Source of the DNA: an uncultured Anaerolineales bacterium
Lineage (GTDB): Bacteria > Chloroflexota > Anaerolineae > B4-G1 > SLSP01
Direction of reading: 5' to 3'
DNA: 64,000 nt
NCBI GenBank assembly: GCA_964437445.1
Contig: CAYTGR010000013.1
Coordinates: 17,786 to 81,785 of the forward strand
Shown piece after piece: positions 9,403-18,639 of the stretch. Below the pieces are notes generated by a model. It did no database searches, was not told the DNA's origin, and saw only the letters and a list, made by a program, of their open reading frames with translations. The translations under genes were made by a program, and so were the position numbers. Each line of letters opens with the position of its first letter. Positions within the stretch are counted from its first letter, which is position 1.

Positions 9403-11844
9403 ATGGAAGACAAAGAGAAACCCACCATTAACGTAGAACGCCGCCGCCCCGGCAGTAGCACGTCCGCCACGCAGCGCGAACGGGCAGAAGCCCCCTCCCG
9501 CCAGCGCGAACGTCAATCAGTTACAGGGGGGAGTGGTAGTAGCAGTTACCAGGGGGTCCCCTCCATCCCGGGCCTGGAAAATCTGCTTCGCTCGCCCATC
9601 GGCATTGGGGCGATCATTCTGCTGTTCATCTGTGGTCTATCCATTTACTTGCTGTTGGGAGGCACGCTCTCTCTGGAAGATATCAGCCCTCCCGGTTACC
9701 AGGAAGAAACTGCGCCTCCTGGGGTGGTTGAGCAACCCGGGCCAACCCCTACTCGCCGTCCCACCCTGGTGCCGGCCCCGGCCGGGAGCGCCGGGCAAAC
9801 CTGGACTGTCATGTTGTACCAGGATGCAGATGACAAAGTGCTGGAACAGGATATTTTTGTTGACTTGAATGAAGCCGAGCGGGTGGGCTCAGGCCCCAAT
9901 TTGAATATTGTGGCCCAAATTGATCGTTATCAGGCTGGCTTTGCCGGAGATGGCAACTGGGTTGGCGCCCGGCGCTACTTTGTGCGCCAGGATGACGATT
10001 TGAGCGTGGTGGGGTCAGAGCTGGTGCAGGATTTGGGCGAGGTTAACATGGCGAACGGGGACACCCTGGTTGATTTCGCAACCTGGGCCATTGAAAATTA
10101 CCCCGCGGACCATTACGTCCTGATCCTCAGCGACCACGGCATGGGCTGGCCGGGCGGGTGGAGCGATGCCACCGCTACCGGTCACAGCGGGCAGCTGCCG
10201 CTCCAAAGGATGCTGGGAGACAACCTTTACCTGAACGAATTGGACCAGGCTTTGGAAACGATCCGTTCCCAGAGTGGCATAGATCAATTTGAAATGATTG
10301 GCATGGATGCCTGTTTGATGGGCCATATTGAAGTGATGAGTGCCCTGGCTCCCTATGCCAGATACGCAGTGCTCTCGCAGGAAACGGAGCCAGCCCTGGG
10401 TTGGGCCTACGCGGCTTTCCTGGGCGAGCTGCGCGACAATCCGGGGATCACCGGGGCGCAACTGGGACAATTGATCGTAGATAGTTACATTGTGGACGAT
10501 CAGCGCATTGTGGATGATACCGCGCGGGCCGATCTGGTGGGACGCGGGTCCCCGTTGGAGTCTCTGTTCGGCGTGTCCGGTCTGCCCTCTGCTGCGCAGG
10601 TTGCGCGCCAGATGAGCCAGAATGTCACCCTGACTGCCGTTGATCTGCAATCTATGCCGGACCTGATGAGCGGTTTGAACGACTTCGCCGTTGCTTTGCA
10701 GGGGATCAACCAGCGCTCGGTGGCCCAGGCCCGGAGCTATGCTCAATCCTTCACCAATATTTTCGGTCAGAATGTGCCACCGGCCTACATTGACCTGGGT
10801 AACTTTGCTGACCTGGTGGCGCAATCCAGCGGCAACCGTGAGGTGGCCCAGGCCGTTGCCCGGCTCCAGGCGGTCTTGCAGCAGACCATCGTTGCCGAGA
10901 AGCACGGCGCGCGCGTGCCCGGGGCGACCGGGGTGTCCATTTACTTTCCCAATTCGCAGCTTTATGCCACGGCGGCGGCCGGGCCAGAATCCTATACCGG
11001 CCTGGCCCAACGCTTTGCTGCCGAGTCGCTGTGGGACGATTTCCTGGCCTACCATTACACCGGTGAAGCGTTTGAGGCGCAGCGGGGAACGGTCGCCGTG
11101 CCCCCGACGGGCGCGCTACGCGCTCCTGCTGCGGGCGGCATCCAGGTTTCGGCCATCAGCGCGTCGGCGACGGAAGTGGCGCCAGGGGGAAAAGTTCACC
11201 TGAGTGTAGCGCTTGAGGGTGAAAATCTCGGCTATGTGAAGCTGTTGGTGGGTTATCTGGATCAAACTGCCAATTCGCTGTATGTAGCCGATAGTGATTA
11301 CCTGGCCAGCCCCAACACCCGCGAAGTCGGCGGGATTTATTATCCTGATTGGGGCGTCAAAGCATTCACCCTGGCGTTTGACTGGGAGCCCCTGGTCTAC
11401 GCCATTGATGATGGAACGACGCGCTATCCCGCCCTGTTTGCGCCCGCAACCTACGGTAGAACGAGCGAAGAGGCCGTTTACACGGTAGAGGGGATTTATA
11501 CCTTTGCCGATTCTGGCGACCAACGCTACGCCCGCCTGTACTTCGTCAACGGTGTGCTGCAACAGGTCTTTGGTTTTACCGGCGAAGACGCTGCCGGCGC
11601 GCCGCGTGAGATCCTCCCCCGGCCCGGCGATACCTTCACGCTGCTGGAGAAATGGATGGATTTGGATGACCAGGGGCAGGTGGTGCAGACCGTTTTGCAG
11701 GCCGGCAACACGCTGACCTTTAGCGACCGGATGTTCACCTGGGATGTCCTGGATGCGGCGGCGGGGCAATATGTCGTGGGCTTTATCATTGAAGACCTGG
11801 ACGGCAATGCCCAGGTAGTCTTCAAGCCCATCAAGGTGCGCTGA
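9403..11844 (+). CDS. Membrane-anchored clostripain-family (C11, clan CD) cysteine peptidase with C-terminal beta-rich domains
   Basis: Charged cytoplasmic N-terminus, one TM helix (IGIGAIILLFICGLSIYLLLGG), Pro-rich linker. His-Gly (ILSDHGMGW) and Cys (IGMDACLMGH) dyad blocks are spaced as in C11 peptidases. Confidence 0.65.
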   Translation: MEDKEKPTINVERRRPGSSTSATQRERAEAPSRQRERQSVTGGSGSSSYQGVPSIPGLENLLRSPIGIGAIILLFICGLSIYLLLGGTLSLEDISPPGYQEETAPPGVVEQPGPTPTRRPTLVPAPAGSAGQTWTVMLYQDADDKVLEQDIFVDLNEAERVGSGPNLNIVAQIDRYQAGFAGDGNWVGARRYFVRQDDDLSVVGSELVQDLGEVNMANGDTLVDFATWAIENYPADHYVLILSDHGMGWPGGWSDATATGHSGQLPLQRMLGDNLYLNELDQALETIRSQSGIDQFEMIGMDACLMGHIEVMSALAPYARYAVLSQETEPALGWAYAAFLGELRDNPGITGAQLGQLIVDSYIVDDQRIVDDTARADLVGRGSPLESLFGVSGLPSAAQVARQMSQNVTLTAVDLQSMPDLMSGLNDFAVALQGINQRSVAQARSYAQSFTNIFGQNVPPAYIDLGNFADLVAQSSGNREVAQAVARLQAVLQQTIVAEKHGARVPGATGVSIYFPNSQLYATAAAGPESYTGLAQRFAAESLWDDFLAYHYTGEAFEAQRGTVAVPPTGALRAPAAGGIQVSAISASATEVAPGGKVHLSVALEGENLGYVKLLVGYLDQTANSLYVADSDYLASPNTREVGGIYYPDWGVKAFTLAFDWEPLVYAIDDGTTRYPALFAPATYGRTSEEAVYTVEGIYTFADSGDQRYARLYFVNGVLQQVFGFTGEDAAGAPREILPRPGDTFTLLEKWMDLDDQGQVVQTVLQAGNTLTFSDRMFTWDVLDAAAGQYVVGFIIEDLDGNAQVVFKPIKVR

Positions 11845-12128
11845 GCGCCAGGTAGTGCTGCTGTGCAGCCACCTCATCCCCCCACCGGCCAATCCTATGG
11901 AGTGGCGCCGTGGGGGGATGTTTGCGAATGGCTGTACCGACCGGCCTGATGCCCAGCACAACGACCCGCTGCGTGGAGGTGCTGGCGGGCGTGCTGTTGG
12001 CGCTGCCCGTTGCCACCACGAGGCCGCCGTTGAGCGCAATTTTGCAGGCAGGGTGTCAGAGAATTTGCCAGGAGGACGCTGAGAGTTTATTGAGGCTCAA
12101 GTTGCATGACCCCCAGCGTTACGTCTGG

Positions 12129-12818
12129 TCACTGCCGCAGTACCAGCGGCAGCAGCACTGTCGCCACAGTGTAGCCTACCCGGACGCCGCGAATCAGCTG
12201 CTGCGGGTCGAAATCATTCAGGGATGCCAGGATGACGTATTCATTCTGGTTGTTGTCAATGACCCAGGCCGGTGATATGACCAGGTTCCGGCTCAAGATC
12301 TCCGTGCTGGAAATGTTGGTGGTGGTGGTCAAAACCGTGACGATTGTAGTGGTATCCAGGGGAATCCGCACAAGGCCGAGCGTAAGGTTGGCTGAGGAGT
12401 TGTCGCGAAAGTAGAAGAGCAGTTCCTGGACCCGCGCCCCCTGGGGTAGTTGCAGCGGTATGGTCATCTCCGCGGGAAGGAGGGCGGTGGTCGTGAGCAG
12501 GGCTCGCCCACTGTAACCAAAGTTGTACACCAATTGATCCCGGCTATCGTAGGTCTGGAAAGCGAGGCCCGAAAAAGTACGGTACGCGAGACCCGGGGTG
12601 ACTGGTAGCGCCGCGGGACTGGCCGCTTCGTGAGGCCCGACCGGGCCGGGGAGGGAAAACGCGGAGGCCGTCGGTTCTTCCAGAACCGGGAGGGCCGGCG
12701 GCGTCACAACCACCTGGGCGCCGGTGCGGGCGGCGGCCGGCAGCCATCCCGGCCCCAGACTGAGGCCGAGGCCAACGGCGATCATGGCCATCAGGATCAC
12801 AAAGCGCGGGCGAGACAT
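12129..12818 (-). CDS. Secreted hypothetical protein ending in the LPLV tail
   Basis: Signal peptide MSRPRFVILMAMIAVGLGLSLG. C-terminus ...TVLLPLVLRQ. No recognised domain. Confidence 0.5.
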   Translation of the reverse strand: MSRPRFVILMAMIAVGLGLSLGPGWLPAAARTGAQVVVTPPALPVLEEPTASAFSLPGPVGPHEAASPAALPVTPGLAYRTFSGLAFQTYDSRDQLVYNFGYSGRALLTTTALLPAEMTIPLQLPQGARVQELLFYFRDNSSANLTLGLVRIPLDTTTIVTVLTTTTNISSTEILSRNLVISPAWVIDNNQNEYVILASLNDFDPQQLIRGVRVGYTVATVLLPLVLRQ

Positions 12819-13010
12819 AGGTACCTCCTTAAGTTTTAGCAGAAGTTTTTGATAAAAATAGTCAATGGCGGGCGTTCAGCGGTCCGGATTAGTGGCGCAT
12901 AAAGAAGCGCGGGGTGGATGGGTGAGTTTCTGAGTGCGGTGTGGGTGGGGTGACCGCTATAATCATTATAGGCACAGAGCCTCCTCACGTCAACGCCGAT
13001 GCTTGTCCCC

Positions 13011-13037
13011 TTGACCTTGAGGGGATGACTATATAAT
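13011..13037 (+). promoter_or_regulatory. Putative sigma70-type promoter TTGACC-N15-TATAAT, about 255 nt upstream of the Eis-like GNAT
   Basis: Hexamers read directly. The 15-nt spacer is short, so confidence is low. It would give a long 5' leader containing the family-B element. Confidence 0.3.
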
Positions 13038-13190
13038 TGAGGTGATGGGCGAAAATCGAACCCTCAATTAAGACGGCGAACCAAAGTTCGCGTCACGTTG
13101 GCTACTGACTGGGCAACTAAGTGACTGCTTGATTGTTTGCCTTCAGAGGAATTCCCCATGGCCTGGCGTTCACACCAGCCGGGGGGATGA

Positions 13191-13285
13191 AAATGTGAGC
13201 TGTGAGCGGTGAACAGGAAACAGGAACTTCTACCTCCTGCTCTCTGCTCACTCCTTAACTGGTTTCTATTTTCAAAGGAGCTATT
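13191..13285 (+). repeat. Family B conserved leader element, copy 1, ending 6 nt before the start codon
   Basis: AAATGTGAGC(TGTGAGC)GGTGAACAGGAAACAGGAAC..CCTGCTCTCTGCTCAC..CTTAACTGGTTTCTATTTTCAAAGGAG. Near-identical to 55227..55322. Internal imperfect hairpin; contains TGTGAGCGG. Confidence 0.65.
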
Positions 13286-13291
13286 ATTATT

Positions 13292-14554
13292 ATGATGAAC
13301 GACATTCGGTTGTTATCCGATCCGGGTATCGTAGCCTACGTAGATATCGTCATCAATGCTTATCCGGGGTTCAAAATCGCCTCGGAGGAGGACCGGCAGC
13401 ATCTCATTGACCGGCTGGTGGATGTGCAGGCCAATGTCCCAACGGTGCACCTGTACGGCCTCTACCGGGACAACCAATTGTTGGGCGGGATGCGCCTGCA
13501 CGATTTCTGCATGAATATGCTGGGGGTTGAAATCGGTGCCGGCGGCGTGGGCATGGTCGCCGTGGACCTGGTGCACAAGAAGGAGCACGTGGCCCGCGAA
13601 CTGATCGTTTATTTCTTGCAGCACTACCGGCAGCAGGGCGTTACGCTGGCTCTGCTCTATCCCTTCAGGCCCGATTTTTATTACAGGATGGGTTTCGGCT
13701 ATGGCCCTAAGATCAGCCAGTACCGTTTCCAGCCGGCGGGCCTGCACGGGAACGCTTCCAAGGCGCGCGTGCGCTTCCTGACTGCCGACGATAAGCCGGC
13801 CCTGATGGAGTGCTACGACCGCTATCAGGCCCAGACGCACGGCATGATCGTGCGGTACCCGCCGGAGTGGGAGGGCTGGTTCAGAAACCTGGGTCTGGAT
13901 AATCGCATCGCAGGTTACGGGCCGGCGGGCCGGTTGGAGGGCTACCTCATCTTCGGCTTCAAGGCCCGGCCGGTGGATAGCCCGCTGCGTAACGATCTCA
14001 TCGTCAAGGAATTCGTCTATACCAGCCCCGCCGCGCTGAGCGAGTTGCTGGCCTTTCTGCATTCCCAGGCCGACCAGATCGACCGGATTGTGCTGACCAC
14101 GCACGACGAGAACTTCCACCACCTATTGGTGGACCCGCGCAACGAGTGCGAGGCGCTCATCCCTTCAGTTTACCACGAGAGCAACGTCCAGGGGGTGGGG
14201 CTGATGTACCGGGTGATTGACGTACCGGGATTGTTTGCCGCCCTGGCTGGCCATAACTTCAATGGGCAGACCTGCCGGCTGCGGTTGACCGTGCGCGATT
14301 CGCTTTTCCCGATCAATGCCGGGAGCACACTGCTCTATTTTGAACAGGGCCGCGTCAGCCTGCCGGCGACCGGCCCGCACGATGTGGAGATCACGCTAGA
14401 TATCGCCGAGTTCTCATCGTTAGTGGTCGGTGCGGTGGATTTCAAGCACCTCTACACCTACAATCTGGTGGAGATTTCCGACCCGGCCTATCTGCCTGTC
14501 GTCAATGCTATCTTTGCCGTGCCGGAGAAACCGGTCTGCCTGACGGCGTTCTGA
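13292..14554 (+). CDS. Eis-like GNAT acetyltransferase (N-terminal GNAT plus C-terminal SCP2-like domain architecture)
   Basis: 420 aa. Length and layout match the Eis/Acetyltransf_9+17+SCP2 family. AGGAG RBS. Confidence 0.55.
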   Translation: MMNDIRLLSDPGIVAYVDIVINAYPGFKIASEEDRQHLIDRLVDVQANVPTVHLYGLYRDNQLLGGMRLHDFCMNMLGVEIGAGGVGMVAVDLVHKKEHVARELIVYFLQHYRQQGVTLALLYPFRPDFYYRMGFGYGPKISQYRFQPAGLHGNASKARVRFLTADDKPALMECYDRYQAQTHGMIVRYPPEWEGWFRNLGLDNRIAGYGPAGRLEGYLIFGFKARPVDSPLRNDLIVKEFVYTSPAALSELLAFLHSQADQIDRIVLTTHDENFHHLLVDPRNECEALIPSVYHESNVQGVGLMYRVIDVPGLFAALAGHNFNGQTCRLRLTVRDSLFPINAGSTLLYFEQGRVSLPATGPHDVEITLDIAEFSSLVVGAVDFKHLYTYNLVEISDPAYLPVVNAIFAVPEKPVCLTAF

Positions 14555-14778
14555 AGGAGCGGGGTGGGGGCGGGCGCTGTGTTTTGCCCGCCCCGGTTAA
14601 TCTGATCAGTAACGTCGGGCGTTCGTTGGACTCTGGGGAACAGGGGTAGGCCGTGGAAGTGCTCCTTACCCATGCCTTGAGTCGCTCGCCTCACCGAAGT
14701 CCACGGCCTGTTGCTCGGGTTTTCCCGGCCTCCTTAACTTGTTGGGGCCACTCTATCATTCATACTGTGGAGCTATCC

Positions 14779-17469
14779 ATGACATTACGCCTGAAGACAC
14801 TGTTGATCATGGGAGTGCTGTTGGTGGGATTGGTCAGTATTCTTTACCTGGCCCTCTCCACTATCCTGGCCGACGGTTTTAAGCGGGTTGAGGAAACCAG
14901 CATCCGTAAGGATGTGGAGCGGGCGCTGAAAACCGTAGCCAACGACTTGGCGAACTTGAGCTCCACGGCGCGGGATTATGCCGAGTGGGATGACACCTAT
15001 GCCTTTGTCCAGGACCGGAATCCTGATTATATTGAGGCCAACCTGGTTGATTCCACTTTCTCCGAACTCAAGATCAACGTGTTCATGTTGTTTGACGACG
15101 CCGGCCAGCTGGTCTTTGCCAAGGGGTTTGATCTGGATGATGCCGTGGTGACGCCGGTCACGGAAGGATTGTTGAGCTATTTTCAGCCTGGCAGCGCTTT
15201 TTTGTATCATCCCGATTTGCAAACCCGCTACAGTGGCATTTTATTGCTCCCTGAAGGGCCGCTGTTAATGGCGGCCTGTCCTATCCTTACCAGCCAGAAT
15301 AAGGGCCCAATCCACGGGACGCTGGTGTTGGGGCGCTATCTGGATGCGTTGAAGGTGCAGCAGCTGGCCGACCTGACTAATTTGACATTGACCATTCGGC
15401 GGCTGGATGATCCCCAGCTGCCCGACGATGTGCGGGCGATTCAGGGGCAGTTCTCTGATCCCGCGACGATTGTAGTTCAAACATTGGGCGACGAAACCAT
15501 CGCCGGCTACAGTCAGATCACAGACGCTTTTGGCAAGCCGGTGTTATTGTTGCGCGTGGTAGTGGCTAGAGATGTCTATCGGCAAGGTCAACTCAGCCTG
15601 ACCTATTTGCTTTTCTCACTCCTGACCCTGGGATTGATGTTCAGTTTGATTACCTTATGGCTGTTAGAGCGGTTGGTGTTAGCGCCGGTGCTAAGATTGA
15701 GCGCTGAGGTTGGATCGGTGACCCGGCAGGAAGACCCGGCTTTGCGGGTGACGGTTCCCGGCAAGGATGAACTGGGCAAGCTGGCAGTTGCGCTCAACGG
15801 CATGTTGGAAGCGTTGGAGGTTTCTCAGAGACGCCTGCAAGAAAGCGAAGTGCGCTACCGGGCCGTGGTGCAGCAATCGGTAGAAGGTATCGTCGTGGCC
15901 GATGCGGCGACCAAACAGATCCTGGAGGCCAATCTGGCTTTTCAGCGCCTGCTGGGGTACAGTGGGGAGGACCTGCGTTGCCTGACCTTATATGAGGTGG
16001 ATACCCTGAATCGGGAGGCCATTGATTGGACGGTTGAGGCGATCATGGAATCCGGGCAGTCTTTGCTGGGGGAGCGCCAGTTTCGTTGCAAGGATGGCTC
16101 GTTAATTGATGTGGAAATAAGTGCCAACGTGTTGTGGTTGAGCGGGCAGCGGGTCGTGAGTATGCTTGTGCGCCATATCGGCGAGCGCAAGCGGGCCCAG
16201 GCGGAGATTCTGCGGCTCAATGCGCGCCTGCAGCGGCGCGCCGAGGAACTGTCGGCGCTTAACCAAGTGGGACGTTCTATGGCCGCCGTTTTAGAGTTGC
16301 CGGATCTCTTGCAGCTGGTCCAGGTAGAAGCCATGAACCTGCTGGCAGCGGACGCTGCAGCCATATTTCTCTATGAACCGGCCACCGCTTTGTTGACGTG
16401 CGTTGCCGCGCACGGGCCGGGCGAGGCGGAGATGGTGGGCCGGCGTATTCCCGACCGGGTGGGGCTGGCCGGTTGGGTGGCCCAGCATCAACAAACAGCT
16501 CTGGTGACGCAGGTAGCAGACGATCCCCGCTTTCAAGAGTTGTTACCCTTCATGGAATGGTATCGCGGCCGCTCGGTTTTATCTGTGCCGCTGCTGTTTA
16601 ATGCGGTGGTCAGTGGGGTGATTGAAGTGGTCAGCCAGGACAGGCAATTGTTTGATGCCCATGACCAGGAGCTCCTGGAAGCGATTGCTGCGGCCGCGGC
16701 AATTGCCGTCAACAACGCCCAGCTGTACACCAATCTCCAGCTGGCGCTGCGCCAGGAGCAGACGATGCGCGCCCAGCTGATTCAGGCTGGCAAACTGAGT
16801 GCGATGGGACGCATGGTGGCCTCGGTCGCCCACGAGTTCAATAACCCGTTGCAGACTATCAAGAATTGCCTTTTCCTGGTGCAACAGGACATTGGTCCGG
16901 CACTGGCAGAGAATGAGTTTATGCACACGGCCACGTCGGAAATCCAGCGGCTTTCCGACCTGGTGACGCAGTTGCGGGCAGTATATCGCACGCCCGCGGT
17001 CGAGCAGCGCCAGCCTTTGGATCTGGTACAGACCCTGGACGTGGTCCATACGTTGATGCTGCCACACCTGGATAAGCACCGGGTCAGCTGGGAGATCTCC
17101 CTGCCCGCCGTTCCGCTCCAGGTAGTGGGCATTGCAGATCAACTGAAGCAGGTCTTTCTGAACATTGCGTTAAATGCGGTGGATGCCATGCAACCGGGTG
17201 GCGGCGTCCTTACCGTTGCTTTTGTGCTCTCAGACGCGGGCGATAGCGCCGGGGTGGTTTTCCGTGATACCGGACCTGGCCTGGCACCGGAAGTGCTCGC
17301 TAACCTGTTTGAGCCGTTTTTTACAACCCGGGAGGGCGGCATGGGCCTGGGTCTGGCGATCAGTTATGACATTGTGCAGAGCCATGGGGGGCGGATAGAG
17401 GTCACCAGTCCGCCGGGGGCGGGAGCGCAATTCACGGTTTGGCTACCCCTGGCCTCCCCGGACGGATGA
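14779..17469 (+). CDS. Sensor histidine kinase with periplasmic CHASE4-like domain, HAMP, PAS, GAF, HisKA and HATPase
   Basis: TM helix, then the CHASE4 signature (ARDYAEWDDTYAFV), second TM, PAS (QSVEGIVVADAATKQILEAN), GAF, H-box SVAHEFNNPLQ, and a G-box HATPase_c. Start at MTLRL (14779). Confidence 0.85.
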   Translation: MTLRLKTLLIMGVLLVGLVSILYLALSTILADGFKRVEETSIRKDVERALKTVANDLANLSSTARDYAEWDDTYAFVQDRNPDYIEANLVDSTFSELKINVFMLFDDAGQLVFAKGFDLDDAVVTPVTEGLLSYFQPGSAFLYHPDLQTRYSGILLLPEGPLLMAACPILTSQNKGPIHGTLVLGRYLDALKVQQLADLTNLTLTIRRLDDPQLPDDVRAIQGQFSDPATIVVQTLGDETIAGYSQITDAFGKPVLLLRVVVARDVYRQGQLSLTYLLFSLLTLGLMFSLITLWLLERLVLAPVLRLSAEVGSVTRQEDPALRVTVPGKDELGKLAVALNGMLEALEVSQRRLQESEVRYRAVVQQSVEGIVVADAATKQILEANLAFQRLLGYSGEDLRCLTLYEVDTLNREAIDWTVEAIMESGQSLLGERQFRCKDGSLIDVEISANVLWLSGQRVVSMLVRHIGERKRAQAEILRLNARLQRRAEELSALNQVGRSMAAVLELPDLLQLVQVEAMNLLAADAAAIFLYEPATALLTCVAAHGPGEAEMVGRRIPDRVGLAGWVAQHQQTALVTQVADDPRFQELLPFMEWYRGRSVLSVPLLFNAVVSGVIEVVSQDRQLFDAHDQELLEAIAAAAAIAVNNAQLYTNLQLALRQEQTMRAQLIQAGKLSAMGRMVASVAHEFNNPLQTIKNCLFLVQQDIGPALAENEFMHTATSEIQRLSDLVTQLRAVYRTPAVEQRQPLDLVQTLDVVHTLMLPHLDKHRVSWEISLPAVPLQVVGIADQLKQVFLNIALNAVDAMQPGGGVLTVAFVLSDAGDSAGVVFRDTGPGLAPEVLANLFEPFFTTREGGMGLGLAISYDIVQSHGGRIEVTSPPGAGAQFTVWLPLASPDG

Positions 17470-17607
17470 CTTCACTGCAAAGAGGCTCGTGCAAAGTCAT
17501 CCAGACATCAAGAAATAGCTGGCTGAAGACGAAAACCTGCGCGGACTTTGCACTTTGGCGTGAGCTCTCAGGCTTTTTGTAAGTGACTCAGGGATGGGGA
17601 GGTAACC

Positions 17608-18420
17608 ATGGCCGGTGAGACGATTCTGATCATTGATGACGAAGTCAATCTGCGCGTGACCCTGGCTGCCATTCTACAGCGGGCGGGTTATACCGTCACA
17701 GCAGTGGGCCACCCAACGCAGGCATTGCAAAGCCTGACGGCCGGTCCGTTTGACCTGGTTTTTCTGGATCTGCAGCTTCCCGACATGGATGGCTTGACAC
17801 TCTTGGGCGAGCTGCGCCGGTTGTACCCGGAAATGCCGGTCCTGATCTTGACGGCCCACGCTACGTTGAAATCGTCTATTGAGGCCGTGCGGTTGGGAGC
17901 CAGGGATTACTTGCTGAAACCGCTGGATCCCCCGCAGATTCTGAGCCGCGTGCAGGAGATGCTGGAAACCCAGCGCCATGCCCAGCGGCGGCGCGAGATT
18001 GTGGCGCAAATCCAGGCGCTGTTGGCCGAACTACAACAACTGGATCAGGCTGACGGGGAACAGACTCCGTCTGATCTGCTGCTGGCCGGCCTGCAGGCGG
18101 CCGTCCCCAGCAGTCGCTTTTTGCAGCGTGGCCCCTTGACGGTGGATCTACATGCGCGCAGTGTGTTGTGGGAGGGCGCGGCGGTAACTTTACCACCGGG
18201 AGCGTTTGATTATCTGGTGACGTTGGTACGCCATGCCCCGGAGCCGGTCACTTATACCGCCTTGGTGATGCAATCGCAGGGATACGAGGTGAGCCGCCAC
18301 GAAGCGCAGGAATTGGCGCGCTGGCGCATCCATCAACTCCGCCAGGCTCTGGAGCGCGATCCGGGCCAACCCCAATATATCCATACCGTCCGGGGGATAG
18401 GGTACCGTTTAGTCATTTGA
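17608..18420 (+). CDS. Response regulator: receiver plus OmpR/PhoB-type winged helix, separated by a long coiled-coil linker
   Basis: DDE..D phospho-acceptor motif (IIDDE..DLVFLDLQLPDMDG). C-terminal Trans_reg_C (...IHTVRGIGYRLVI). Confidence 0.85.
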   Translation: MAGETILIIDDEVNLRVTLAAILQRAGYTVTAVGHPTQALQSLTAGPFDLVFLDLQLPDMDGLTLLGELRRLYPEMPVLILTAHATLKSSIEAVRLGARDYLLKPLDPPQILSRVQEMLETQRHAQRRREIVAQIQALLAELQQLDQADGEQTPSDLLLAGLQAAVPSSRFLQRGPLTVDLHARSVLWEGAAVTLPPGAFDYLVTLVRHAPEPVTYTALVMQSQGYEVSRHEAQELARWRIHQLRQALERDPGQPQYIHTVRGIGYRLVI

Positions 18421-18460
18421 TTGGTTCAAAAGAGCTCCTACCACTTAGCGAGTTCTTAAA

Positions 18461-18490
18461 CCCGGTGGCATAACCCCACCGGGTTTTTCT
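18461..18490 (+). terminator. Rho-independent terminator after the response-regulator gene
   Basis: Perfect 8-bp stem CCCGGTGG/CCACCGGG with loop CATAACC, followed by TTTTTC. Confidence 0.7.
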
Positions 18491-18639
18491 TCCAGACGTT
18501 ACCTCAAATAATAATCATGAGAGCGCGCCAATGAAGTCCTACGATAACCTCACGTTTCCCGCCAGGATCAATGGTATTATTTTAGTAAGAAGAAAGCGAA
18601 TGGCAGTCAGAGCTTCAGAGGTCAACTTTAGGAGGGGCC

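Noticed and set aside
13036-13110. Possible tRNA on the minus strand, because of a T-loop-like GGTTCGATT.
   Set aside because: The reverse complement gives no acceptor/D/anticodon cloverleaf. The candidate anticodon stem GCGAAC/GTTCGC has only a 4-nt loop.
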